Shown here piece after piece: positions 12,830-25,578 of a stretch of DNA of 64,000 nucleotides. The stretch is from the NCBI GenBank assembly GCA_002104905.1, contig MCFE01000154.1, positions 88,365 to 152,364 on the forward strand. The letters run 5' to 3'. The stretch's first letter is position 1. Every line of letters begins with the position of its first letter. Position numbers and translations under genes: made by a program. The DNA is from Basidiobolus meristosporus CBS 931.73 (taxonomy: Eukaryota > Fungi > Basidiobolomycota). The notes beneath the pieces were generated by a model. The model saw only the letters and a list, made by a program, of their open reading frames with translations. It made no database searches and had not been told where the DNA came from.

Positions 12830-15800
12830 TCACTTCCTTCCGGAAGAGGAGTTTTTTGATACCTTCTGGGTTCCTCTGCGGCTCCAATACTGATCAATAA
12901 TGGCAACATCATCAAAGTTGGTGTAAGGTTCCCAGGTGTTGTGTTTGGCATCATAGCCTTTCCACTTGACTAAATAAAGGCAATTTGGTTCTTCTCCATC
13001 ATGGTCCACAATAGCTTCAACTTCATAGGATTCCAAAGTTACTGGGTCTTGAGAAATAACTTTGAGTGAAGAAGGTGGAAAGTTTTTGGGTAGCAGTGCT
13101 CCAGTGTTATCCTGAAGTACATAAGATCCTCCAGTAGTGCGTCTGACAACCTTGAATGGTCCTTCATACTTGGGGTCAAGCTTAGATTGCCGGATTGGAT
13201 CTAGTGTCATGACATATGACCCATCTGGGAAGCTGCTGTTCCTGTGTCTTGAGGCATATGTTGAAGTCATCTTTTGCTGAGAGGCCTTACTTCTGGCACT
13301 GATAGCAGGGTAGACAATGTTGGTAAGGTACTCAAGCCGGTTCTTTAGCTTATCTGTATTCAAACTTGCTAACTCTGTATTCTGGTAGTCTCCAAAGTGG
13401 TTGTATCTTCTTCCAAACATCAAGGAAAATGGGGTTGATCCATGTAGAGCGGCAATTTTGGTGTTGATAGCATACTGTACAGTTGGAATGTACTTGTCCC
13501 AATTCTTCTTGATACCTTTGATAGATTTCCTGAAGATGTTCACTGAGGTCTGAACATGTCTTTCAGCCAGTCCATTAGCTTTGGGATGATATGGAGTGAT
13601 CAGACGATGATCAATGGCACTATTCTGACAAAGGGCTTTGATCACGTGATTCACAAATTCTGTTCCATTATCCAATTGAATGACCTTAGGGAATCCAAAA
13701 AGGCAGAAGAGCTTGAATAGTTCTTGTGCAATAGTGGCCGCATACTTGTCTGGGATGGCTTTGAGGAAGACAAAACGTGTGCAGACATCCACAATTACAA
13801 AGAGGTAGTGATTACCATCATCACTAGTGGTGAAAGGTCCAGATAGATCAATTGCAATATGATCCATAGGAAGGCTTGCATGGATGGGGCTCAAAGGGTG
13901 AAATCCATGGCGGCTGATATTGTAAAGTTGACATTCTCTGCACAACTTGACAAATTCTATGCAGTCAACTTTGATATTTGGCCAGTGATATCCATCAGAG
14001 TGCAGCTTCTTCATAAGTGTGTCAGCTCCAAAGTGGTCAAGTAAATGACTCCTCTGTATCAATGTTTTCCTTTGTTCTTCAGGTGGGATTTTCCAAGTTG
14101 CTGAATCCAGTTGAGGAATTATTTTGGAAGTTGTAGAGAGTTTACTGATTACATCAGTAATCACATGTCCCTCCCAAGGTGAAGTTGGAAAAAGTCTTGA
14201 CAGGTGGTCAGGAAGGATGTTGAGAATTCCTGGGCGATGAATAACTGTATATTCATAATCAAGTAGAGTATCAAGCCAGTTGGTAAGCATTGGAGTCAGA
14301 GTCTTCTGAGTGTGGATATAGACAAGGGCTTAGTGGTCAGTGTACAAGGTAAAAGGATTACCCCATAGATACTGATGAAACTTCTTCAAGGCAAAGACTA
14401 TGGCAAGTAGCTCCTTCTTGGTAGCAGAGTAGTTTCTCTCAGCAGGTTGTAGGGACCTGGCTTGGAAAGAGATCCAGTGAGGCGGATTTTGGTCTTCATC
14501 TTGATAGAGGACTGCCCCTAACCCAACATTAGATGCATCTGTAGCAACAACAAAGGGCTTAGTAAAGTCTGGGTAGGATAAGGTGGGTGCTTGTGGAAGC
14601 AGTTGGCAGAGTGACTCAAAGGCTTGGTCATGAGTCTTGTTCCAGGCTGAGGCAAGATCAGGGCTATGGCGTAATGCATCTAATGGGGCACTCAATGAGG
14701 ACATGAGTGGTATGTGTTCCCTGAAATAGTTGAATACTCCAAGATAATGTTGAAGTTGCTTGGCGCTAGTGGGTTTTGGCCATTCTGGGATATTGACCAG
14801 TTTGAAAGGATCTAATTGGTGGCCAGCTGGTGTGACTATAAATCCAAGTAGATGGATTTTGAGGCGGGCAAAACTGCACTTTTCAGCATTGAGAATCAGT
14901 CCAGCAGTTGTCAGTCTGTTGATTACATCAGTGACATGGGTTGCATGATCATCATGGTTAGTGGAGAATATGATGACATCATCAACAAATACCAATGCGT
15001 ATGGTGCATTCTTGAGTATTATAGTCATGACTCTCTGAAACTTGCTGGTAAGTGTCTTTAGGCCAAAGGGAGCTCCCTGAAACATCCATTGCATATTATT
15101 CCAAGTAAAGGCAGTCTTATGCTGATGATCAGGATGGATCTGGAATTGGTGATATGCATCCTTCAAGTCCAACTTGGAGAATACTTTTGCTCCTGATAGT
15201 GCGGAAAAGATATCTTGGATTCTTGGAATTGGAAACTTGTCATCTTGGAGAAGCTTGTTCAGAGGTCTGGGGTCTAAACAAGGTCTCTTCAGGGTTAGAT
15301 TTCCATCAGCGTCTTTCTTTGGTGCAAGCATCAAAGGGCTGTTGAATGTTGTGTTGACAGGGGCTTGAGTGATAATTCCATTGTCAGCCCATTTTTGGAC
15401 TATCTCATCAACTAAGTGTTGACATGAATGCGGAATTGGGTGTTGCCTCCTCCATGTTGACTCACCAGGTGGGGTCTCTAGTGTAACAATGGATTCTGGG
15501 ATGGTGCAGAAGCTGTTCCTTGGAATGGCCTGATTTCTCTCTATAGCCGGCTGAATATCTAATTTGACTGATTGAGAATATTCTTGAAAAGTTGGGGTTA
15601 ACTCTTCTTCTTCCGCTTGGGATGAGATAATCTCTGGGATTTGATCCATTATGAGCGACTGAGATTTAGTGATTCCTGGATAGGAAACCGGTAGTCCGCC
15701 TATGTGAAAGCCAAGTTTGGTGAAGGTGTCCAGACCAATGACTACCTGAGGTCCATCTGGTATGTCAATCACTTCCATCTGATGGATTATGGTTACTGAG

Positions 15801-17314
15801 CCACAATGTATGTTGATTGGGTTGGTAATGCCAATTCTTGGGGCTGAGAGATCCTTAGCTGCAAGAATGATTTTTCCTGGTCGTTTTTCTATCTCCAAAT
15901 TGAGTTCTCTGACTACATTGGGTGATACAATAGAGTTGGATGATCCAGTATCCAGTAGTGCTACGTATGATTGGCCATTGAGGGTGAGTGGCACTTCTAT
16001 GGCTTTGAGCTGTGTGATTGGTTGCTTCTTTTCTTGGACAGTTGCAATTTTAGCCGGAAACTCAAAGAGGTTGTGATAATCTTGAACTGTAAGTTCTTCA
16101 TATGCTTCTTCATACCCCATTTTATCATTGGCTGAATGATCATCAAGGATCTGGGTAATTTTGGCTGATGGTGTGGAGTTCTTCTCAGGACAGGCAGGTG
16201 ATCTATGTCCCCTATTTCCACATTTAAAGCACTTGTCATCAGCATATGGATTATCAGTTTTGGTGTTTTGCTGCTTTTCTGCGGTGTTTCCTGACTTGTT
16301 TGACTGCTTGGTGATGCCTTTGTATTCACTGGTAGAATGATAGCATTTTCCATGAAGCTCACAGTGCTTAGTAGCGGTTGACTGCTTCTTGGTCACATGA
16401 CTGGTCTCTTTTCCGGCTGTTGTGGGATATTGGGCTGAGCTGCCTGAAGTCTGGCTAACAGCTGCAGTCAAGGTGATTGCCAGTGTACATATCTCTGAGA
16501 TCTGGTCATAGGTACGTGCAGGGTTGCATACTTTGACAATATCAATATTGCTCTGTAGCTGGTGTGAAAAGTTTGAAAGAAAATGAGCAGTAAGCGATGG
16601 ATTATCATCACTAACTCCAGCTAATCTCATTTGTCTTTGGAATCTATCTCAGAAGTGTTGCACAGATTCACCTTTTTGCATTTTAGTTTTCCATAAGTCG
16701 CAGTTCAGATGTGCTTTCTTGAGAGGATCTTCAAAATGGCTGCAAAAGAGGTTTTGGGCAATTTTCCACGTACTATTGGAAGGAATGTTCACTTCAACCC
16801 AGTCCGCATCTTGCATTGTGAGACAGAGAGGCAGAAGTCTAGCCCAGTTGGTGTCAGGGTCTAGCTGGTGTGCAGCTAAGACGTGACTAAACTTGTAAAG
16901 AAACTCAGTTGGATTCTTGATGGCATTGGTGCCTTCAGCATAAACAGGCAAGGATCTTGGGACAACCACCGGGGCAGGTCTAGAAGGAGATGTAGATCTG
17001 GAGGATTCAAAGGCATGACTTCTTGGTGGCTGATGCAGAGCAAGGCTTGGTGGATTTTCAATGCTGTCAATTACTATGGCAATATTCTCCAGTGCTTCCT
17101 TAATTATTCCAATTTCATCTTGGTAACCGGATATAACTTCAAGGAGTTCATCTCTACGGTGATTATCAGATCTTGTTTTGGCAAGCTTTGAGTGCTCAAT
17201 CATCATGGTATTTCTTTCAAGCATGATGTTTTCAAGCTGTTCAGTAAGTTCTTCCTGATTTCTTCTGGCTTCTTCCAACATGGAAAGGTTTGGATTGCTT
17301 GCTGCTGAGGACAT
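12830..17314 (-). pseudogene. Ty3 gag-pol (Gag CCHC knuckle, protease, RT, RNase H, integrase, chromodomain); single frame broken by two in-frame stops
   Basis: CFKCGNRGHRSPAC; LLDTGSS; LDLKDAYHQ and FVDDVII; GPY/F-type YEGPFKV; chromodomain YEVEAIVDH...YLVKWKGY...TWEP. The three ORFs are in frame (gaps of 18 and 39 nt) after TGA at 16649-16651 and TAA at 14330-14332. Confidence 0.93.
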
Positions 17315-17354
17315 CTTCTAATTGGCTGAATGTAATGGAATTCAACGAAAAAAA

Positions 17355-18051
17355 TGTTGTATCCAAGAGAAAGTGTAATAAAACTCTTGAATGGTTTAAC
17401 TAAACCAAAGGGACAATTAAGTGCAGAATCTTAGAATTGTCAGAGAGTGGCGGAAATATTAGCAGAAAGATTCTGATCTAATATTGGTCTTGGATATAGC
17501 TGGGTTGGCTATAAAGGCAATGATATTTGTTTGCTAGGCAGGCTAGGCTTGGTGTTCTTTGGAGTGCTAGATATACTAGGCTTGGATAGAAACTAGAACG
17601 GAATTGTTGGATTCTTATTTTTGCTGAGACAGAATCTTAATTTTGTTGAGACACACACTAAACCAAAAGGTTCAGTAAACTTTATTTATACTTTTCTGAT
17701 CAAGTTGAATTAGTCAGCGCCAAGGGACTGGATTGATTGAAATCAATTTGGGTGTTCATAGGTGCATAAGATAAATGAAAATTACATCATCAATCAAATG
17801 ATGTCTTGGCAACTGCACAGTGGTTGGATAGATCTCAGATGACTAATCACCTGGGAAGGCTTGGCAGATAGGTTGATAACATAATGACCATTTGAAAAGA
17901 GATCAGGTGTGATAGCTAAAAATAGATTCTGAGGTGGGATAAAATAAACTGTAACTGAGATTTGTTATGTTTGGGTTAGGGAAAATCAGTTAGGGTACTA
18001 GATTTTCAAACGGAGTAAAATTGGCTAAGTTTTAAATGTTGATTCACAACA
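17355..18051 (-). repeat. Ty3 5' LTR
   Basis: Direct repeat of 12133-12829. Confidence 0.95.
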
Positions 18052-18693
18052 GGGCTATTTCCTGATTTCTCTGGGCCATTGCATCTATCCTTTCTGCCAC
18101 TGCACATAATTGCTTCATTAATGCTTTGGTTTGAACGGACAACATACTTGCTAATATGGGTGGTGGTGATGTTATCATTGCCACTTGCTGATCTTCAACT
18201 GAGGGTACCGCATTTGCTACATTCTCATCTGCCTGAGCATAACAGTCAGCTTGTGGCTCTGCAGAGGTTCTCAATTGCCTACTTGGCTGAGAGTCTGAGG
18301 AGTCCCCATTATTACCTTCAATGGGCACACAGTCCACAGGGCCTTTTTCGGATGTAGCCCTGCTTGTTGCCCTAAATGTCAAAGCAAGCTGTTGTCCAAC
18401 CGTTCTTCTGTTGCTCCAGCAGTGGGGTTTGGTTGAGAACCAGACAACTTTGCTTTATTTTTAGGTGGCATATATATGGAAGTGAGTCAAACCAAAGGGG
18501 AAATAGTGTTACATATTTGTGTGTATGTGGTGCCACAACTTTATTTATAATGCTTACTATGACGGGTCATCATGAAATCTTACACTCATGTAGGTGCAAT
18601 GCCTCAAATACAAGACTGCCATAAGTTCACATGAGTACTGACCAAAAAGTGATATAATAGCATTACATTGTTGAAGGTCAAACTGTTTGCCCC

Positions 18694-21359
18694 GTGGACA
18701 AGACTACTTTGACTCAATGCCATAAGAGAAGAGAAAAAAGACCATGTGGCTATTGTGGCAAGCCTCTCAGCCATAAAGCATGCAGACAGCATTGGAAGTA
18801 TTACAAGGATCATGGCCAGTATTTTGCCACCCAAGTCATATTTGACCATTCATTGGTCACTACTGTACCAACATTATCTTGCTGGCCAGTTGATACTTCT
18901 ATATTGGCACCTGGCCATCTTTGTCACCTTGCGCAAACTGAGCGAGGTGAGCTTGTGATGTCTTTAGGCTCACCTCAGCCTTCTGAATATGGCACACAGA
19001 GTGATAGCTCTGACAAAGCAGATTCACTGTTGGATTTTGAGCCTATCTCCCCTAACAATGGTACCACATATGAGCCTAGTCAAATCCCTATATGCAATAA
19101 GACAACACTTGTTGAAACAAATGCCAAGGATACTTTATGGAGCCAACTGAGCTCAGTAATCCATCTACTGGTCAATGATGTAATGTTGTGGCTAGAGAAG
19201 TGGTGCATTTCCACTAATATCAGTAATGGGGGCTTAGAGGATTTATTACTACATCTTGCCAAAATCATACCAGGATGCAACGTACCATGTACATGGTACA
19301 AGTGGACAACTGTCATGAGGCTGGCAACATATGATCCAGAAACTGTCCTGATTCCAGCATGTGTTAACAGTTGCATGGCATTCACATCCAAAAATGCTAT
19401 CATTGCAACGTGTCCAAATTGTCAGGAATCCCCCACCATTGAGGGAAAACATTGTTTACACTCCAAATATATTCTGATCATACCCTGTCTGAGGAAGCTG
19501 ACGCAGTCCAACAAATATTGCAAAGCTATACAGTACCACACTCAGTATCAATCAAGTGCAAACATATCCAAAATATTTGATGGCAAACATTACAAACAGC
19601 TAAGAAGCATGGTTACTTTGAAGGTATGTATGACCATGCCTTTGCTTTAGCACTTGATGGATTCTCATTAAACAAGTACTCTACCAGCAAATCCTGCTGG
19701 CCGCTGATTCTCATCAATCTGAATCTGCCACCCATCTTATGGTATCAGAGCAATAATCTGATGGTAGTGTCACTAGTATTTGGGCCTATATCACTGTTCA
19801 ACCTGGATAGCTACCTGTATCCATTGCAGGATGAACTATGTATCCTTTCCAGCAGGACAATGGTATATGGCTGTCATGTAAAAGCGCATATTATTATCTG
19901 CATTGGAGATACCCAGCCATCAGCAAGATAGCAGGTTTTTCTGGGCACAATGGAAAGTATTGCTGTCAAATGGGTGAGATCCAGGGGATTTACTCCATAA
20001 CTCACATATACTATTATCACCCAAACACCAGTACTAAGAACATCATCTTTCCACAGACAGAATGTACAGAAGTAAGCATGCAATTGCAGCAAAGTTGGCA
20101 AGCTATAAGTCATTGGCCAGAATATGGAATCAATTGGAAACCAGAGATACTAAAGATAGAGGGTATTGGTTGGAGCAAAAGCTTTCCACTGGGAGCAATG
20201 CATTTGCTTTTCAACAATATCCCTATACTGATGACTAACTTGTACATAGGGCATTTCAAGCTAAATGAGCCCTTTGAGATACCAGAGAAATTTGAAAGAA
20301 TTGGTAAGACATTACAGAGTATCCGCTACCCTAAGTACTTTGTATGGGCTCCAATTAATATTCATATGCATATGCAACAATACAAATGCAAAGACTGGAT
20401 GAACTGGATTTGTATTTATTCAAGTGGTGTTCTGAAGCCATTCCTACCAAAAGTACATTGGAAGCATTAGGAGTCATATGTGGACATTGTAGGAATATTT
20501 ATCCAGAAGTGGATCACCAATGCCAACCTGATGCATCTACAGTTGTTGTGTGAGGAGTTTGTGATGGGATTTGAGCGGCTATACTACAAACATAAAGCTG
20601 AACATGTAGATCTCTGCCATTACTGTATCCATTCTCTACTCCATCTTGCATGGTGTGTGGAGAATATTGGGCCTTGCTTCATTGTTTGGGAGTTTCCTAT
20701 GGAGCAGATGTGTGGGGATATAGGAAGACAAGTCAAGTTGCAGGTACTACCATATCCCAATCTCATCAAGAATATTACCCTCAAGTCTGTCATGTATGTG
20801 ATGAGTTGGCACATGGAGGACAGCCAAAGAGAGTTGGAAAATACTGAGGATAAATGTGCACATGGAGACACTTGTGCCTATGGCATTAAGAAGCTAAGCA
20901 GCCCCAATGCATGGGTAATTGGTCAAGTAATGCAAAGTTGGATTGAGTGCAACAAGCAACTAATTTTTATCAGGAAAACTCTACCAAGATATGCCAGATT
21001 TCTCATGGTCACAAGCCAACTTCTACACCATTCAATATGGAATTCACACAAACAAAAGCCAGAGTGCCCCTATAAAGGGGACTAGAATCCAGCAGGGAGA
21101 AGGAATATATTGGTTAAATACCAAGAAGTTCTTTGCGGATATTCAGGAGGTATTCATGGCAGAAGTGGCAACAACCAAGCATATGTTTGCAAGATGTATA
21201 TGTTACCAGCAGTACAAGGTACATGGCAACTTTGCAAGTATCACACTAAAATGCTATAAAGTTGAGGTGGTAGAAGTATGTCAATTGTGGCAGGTGTGTG
21301 TGTTTGTAGAGGTTAGTAAGCAGTGGGCCATAGTTTTTTTTGATTTGAACTATATATAG
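18694..21359 (+). pseudogene. CACTA transposase pseudogene (copy 2)
   Basis: N-terminal C/H cluster (CGYCGKPLSHKACRQH), then the same motifs as copy 1, with frameshifts. Confidence 0.85.
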
Positions 21360-22838
21360 AATACCAAAGGTAGTAGTGGGTAAGCAAATAAAGAGGGGTG
21401 GTTCTACAGTGGAATATATGAATTGCACAAGGGGAGGTAGAAAAAGAAAATACCATTTGGTAAATTGGTACGGTGGCATTAAACAGAACCAGCAGTAGAC
21501 TGTCATACTGCCAATATAATGCCATCAGATTTTTGCTGTGAGGACATCAAAATATTGTCAAGTTTCTTGCCATATAAGGCAATTGGATGTCCTGGCAAAC
21601 TGGATCCACTTAAATAGTTGCAGAGCACTGAAAGACTGCAACAATACTATGCAAATATTGTCCCAGCACCAATAAAATATTGTCAAGTTTTATCCCTTAA
21701 TGTGGTTGTAAAATTAGCAAAACACCATTATGATCCTGTCATAAGATTGTTAGGAGGGTCACTAATTCCAAGCTGCAGTTATTATGGCAGTCTCTAAACA
21801 GGATCTTGATGGCTGATCCAGATTGGATCCACCCATGGGGCCAAATTATTTTTCATAGGGTTATTATAGCCACCAATAACCTAGAAACATTGGAAGAGAC
21901 TAAATCCAGCCTATCTAAGGAGTTCAAGATGTCCAATCTAGGAGAACTCAGTTACTACTTAGGGATTAAGTTCTCCATAGACAGAAGTACCCAGACTATT
22001 ACCCTAAGCCAATCAAAGTATATTCAAGGTATACAAAAGAAGTACCAAATGGAAGACTGTAAACCGGCAGCCACTCCAATGGAGACAAACCTTAACTTGG
22101 TCAAAACTCAACCAAATTAAGAGAGCTTGGTGCCATCTGAAAGCCCTGACTTTCCTTATCAATCTATGTTTGACAGTCTGATGTATATCATGCTTAGAAC
22201 ATGTTCAGATATCTCATATTGAGTGGGAGTTGTCAGCCAGCATAATTAGAACTATAGATCTGATCATCTTGCAGCATTTAAGTGGATTTTTAGATACCTA
22301 AAAGGAACTGCTGATATCTGCTTAAGATACACTTACAAAGATTGAGACAGGATCTTGTGGGATACTCTGATGCTGATTGGGGATGATACTTGGAACACAG
22401 AAGATCTACCACAGGATACACCTTTCTTTACTGTAAAGGAGCAATTTCATGGAACTCAAGAAAGCAACCAACTGTAGCACTTTCTACCACAGAGGCAGAG
22501 TATATGGCAGCCTGTGCAGCTACAAAAGAATCAATGTGGCTAAGAAAGCTTTTTACAGATTTAGGCCTATGTCAAGAAATGCCTATTACTTTATTTCAAG
22601 ATAATCAAGGATGTTTACAATTAGGTAGAAATCCAGCTTTTCATGCTAGAACTAAGCACATAGATATTAGACATCATTTCATATGTGAAGCTGTAGAGAA
22701 TAACTTAGCTAGCTTAGTTTACTGTTCCTCAGATGAAATGATTGCAGAAATATTTACTAAGCCATTAGCTAGAGACAAGTTTGAATATCTTAGATCATAA
22801 TTAGGATTAGTCAGTATGAACATTTAGCTGAGTGGGAC

Positions 22839-23187
22839 TGTTGTAGAAATTTGTAATTCCACCTAAATATTCACCTAACTTAGTCACTTAGATCATTACC
22901 CTCAAATCCTAGAGAATACTGACCAAATTCTTTGTCAGGATTTACTTAGAATATTTTCACCAAAATACCAGGTACCCAGAACGTAAAAATTCTCAAAGTA
23001 GTCCATACTGCCCCAAACTTTGCACACATGCTCTTGAGACCTTTCTTAACCTATTCTACATGATTGCTATGCCAAGACCATGTCAAAGTATAAATACTAC
23101 TTTTACATCCAATAAATCATTAAGTGAAAACCACATAATCTACTTGACCTCCCAGTCACTTCCAATATCTCCAAGACACTTACAATA
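22839..23187 (+). repeat. Copia 3' LTR (~350 bp)
   Basis: Starts TGTTG right after purine tract GAGTGGGAC; homologous in reverse to 60942-61285, which defines the ...TACAAYA end. Confidence 0.7.
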
Positions 23188-23279
23188 GTAAGGACTCAAA
23201 ATAGCATTGCTCTGTATATGCTGATGCCAAATAAGGACAAAACCTGAGGCACAGACAAAATAATGTGAGAAATACCTTT

Positions 23280-23620
23280 CTGTATTTTAAAGGTGCAATC
23301 TCAAGAGATGCAGGAAAAAAGCCAGCAATAGCTCATTCTACCTTGGATGCGGAGTATATGGCAGCCTACAAATCTACAGCAGTAGCCAGGTTGCTCACAA
23401 AGTCATGTTTTATTGAAGACTTTGTAATAGATTAAATTTCTTTATAACTATAGTTGGAGTTAGTTGCAAATAGTTAAAACAAGGCAGAGTTTACCATTTT
23501 GTACTACAGCTAAGCACATAGGCTTTATATATAATCTCATCCAGGAAGGCATAGAGGATAAATGAGTTGACCTAGATTGCTGTCTGACAGATGAAATGAT
23601 GGCAAAAATGATCTAAAACC
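23280..23620 (+). pseudogene. Additional, more decayed copia RNase H fragment
   Basis: KKPAIAHSTLDAEYMAA-like remnant at ~23315-23370. Confidence 0.5.
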
Positions 23621-25578
23621 TGCACAGCAAGGCCTAATGCTGAGGTCTAGAGTGTATTGTCAATGCTGTGGCACTATTTGTCCAGTAAGTACTCTCATGT
23701 GGAGAGAGGGTGAGGAGTATGTAAATGCTCAAAGAATCTGGCTTCACAGTGTAGAATAGTACTGAAAAGAAATTCAGAAAATAAAATGCACAATGATGAA
23801 ATATTGCTCATAGAGCAAAAATGCAGATATTCAGATGCTTAATGATATTTGGTATTATGATAGTAAGTCTAGAGACATGTGAGCATTGGTTGAAAAGAAT
23901 TTGAAGGCATCATATGAGATGACAAACCACTTCTTGATGTTTTGATAACCTCAAGGTTGATGAGGTCCGTATATGCAAGTGACATACCAGATGTTTGTTC
24001 AACAGCTTGGACACAATCAAAGCCGGTCAAGAGGCAAATGTAAATCACACAACTCCCTCAGGGCCCTAGTGCGGCTTTTCTGGAGATAAAAATAGGTATG
24101 CCATAAGTCATTCACATAGCCAAGCCTGATAGACAGAAAGGACAGAGCACCCAAGGTGTATTGTTAGAAGTTCATTGCTGCACAGCATGAGAGGGCAAGC
24201 AACCGTCAAGCCTTAGCCCCCAAATATATCATGGAACAGGACGTATTCAACGAACTGGGTGCTACCCATACCTAGGCTCCTTGAAAACAGGTCAGCTATT
24301 GCTCTGAGCAAAAAAGAAGGTTGCAGGGAACCGGGTGGAACTCAGCTATCCCAAGTGGCGATCAGGGAAGGCCTTGTGGAGTGGCGCCCGGTTGACTTGG
24401 GATCCCATGGATGTCCAGACCCCTCCTTACTCTTCACGGGCTCAGAGCACTTGACGAACGAGCCAGAAGCGTATTCATTCCCCACCACCGCCAATGCCAA
24501 ACACCGGCACATCACGTGACCCTGTACACATGCTAAGGCTCGAGAATTCTAGATTCATGCTGGTTTCCGTACACGTATCCCGCAGATCTCCCAGGACATG
24601 CAATTCCTCCATTGTATGGAGTGCTGTCCTCCAGCTGCGTAACCCTGTACGGCGGGCCAAGCTACCAGTAATTCGAGAGTAAACGGAGCGGACCTCATCT
24701 ATTCGGCAAGAGAGGTGGAAGGTGAGAAAACCATGAATCGGACCGGGGAGGGGGTGAAGGCGGAGGAGGGGTGGGCGGGATCACGGTCGAGAAAGGCCAA
24801 TGCTGTCTGGGCTATCCCGGTGAAGAAGGAATCGAAATCCTCCAAGGCAAATATGGGAGGGGGTTTGAAAGGGTGGTTGGGTGAGACGTCATGGATTCCT
24901 TTTATACCACCGCCCCGCCCCCACGGAGGTTGGTGTGGTGCTTAGTGCGCGCCTCACTGATCTAGCAAGCAAACCTTATTGCTCCGCGCCAAACCGGTAC
25001 TGAGATGGATTGCACCGACCGGACACTGGCCAAGCGTCAGCGCTTGACAAGCTGCCAATGGCCACCCACGACCTGGCCACCATGGGCCGATGGGTTGGCC
25101 ACCACCCGCAGCTCCATTCTATCCCTGAGCACCATCGACGGGATCGAGGTAGGTGACTCGTTGAATGAGGCGGCCCTACCAGATTTGTGATACATGTGCC
25201 CATTGAGCGTAGTCAAATCAGCCATCCGTTTCAAACAAGCAATTTCCCACGTACATCCAGCATCACAACAATTTTTCCTCCGTTTGCAAGGCCTGATTGA
25301 TTTTTCATCTTATCCTGTTACCAACCAAAGGGAGAACCAACCCGGCCTGACCAAACCATTCAACCACTTGGAAATCCCCCCGTTCACCGAGAACATCCAG
25401 CCATCGCCTCTGTCAACACGCAAGAGTGAAGGCGAGTATACACAACAGTACTTGGGGATTCCCTCCACCTACCCCTGAAAACAAGCACGAAGCATCGAAG
25501 TAACCGACGTGAGTGGAAGTTGCGACGTTTAGAAACTTCCTTCGAGTGCCAATTACGCTAGAAACCGATATAGACAAC

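Larger units (their letters stand above)
12133..18051 (-). mobile_element. Full-length Ty3/gypsy chromovirus, 5.9 kb
   Basis: Two 697-bp LTRs with TGTT...AACA ends; 5-bp TSD GGGCT (12128-12132, 18052-18056); purine tract GGAAGGAAGTGA abutting the 3' LTR. Confidence 0.97.
10490..18382 (-). pseudogene. Second (accessory) gene of CACTA copy 2, degenerate and split by the Ty3 insertion
   Basis: ORF 18044-18382 (...AMAQRNQEIA) continues across the GGGCT TSD into QKQDEQIIHVE at 12132, then through fragments 11520-11720, 11143-11367 and 10490-11131. No family recognised. Confidence 0.55.
10159..21860 (+). mobile_element. CACTA/En-Spm-type DNA transposon, copy 2, both ends present (~5.8 kb without the nested Ty3)
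   Basis: Left end ATCTATGAAAAATTATT versus reverse complement of right end CCCTATGAAAAATAATT (14/17). TTAT on both flanks (10155-10158, 21861-21864). Host RT reads DDLIIATNN when rejoined. Confidence 0.8.
7340..23187 (+). mobile_element. Ty1/copia retrotransposon, degenerate, no 5' LTR seen; split in RT by CACTA copy 2
   Basis: gag remnants ~7350-7900; protease WYIDSGASQHF; integrase HSDLCGPM...FIDDYTR and PYSPQQNGVVE; RT WVFKTK...KARLVAKGY to YVDDL at 10158, resuming at 21861; RNase H RSTTGY...[12 protein letters not shown] (22390-22800); PPT and LTR follow. Confidence 0.9.

Noticed and set aside
1-24200. Ascomycete-type RIP as the cause of TE decay
   Set aside because: The missing dinucleotide is CpG while CpA/TpG remain abundant, the opposite of classical CpA-to-TpA RIP.
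24250-25480. Possible gene upstream of and divergent from the RNR (several 60-90 aa ORFs, TATAAA near 24900)
   Set aside because: No recognisable domain and no consistent splice model in any frame.
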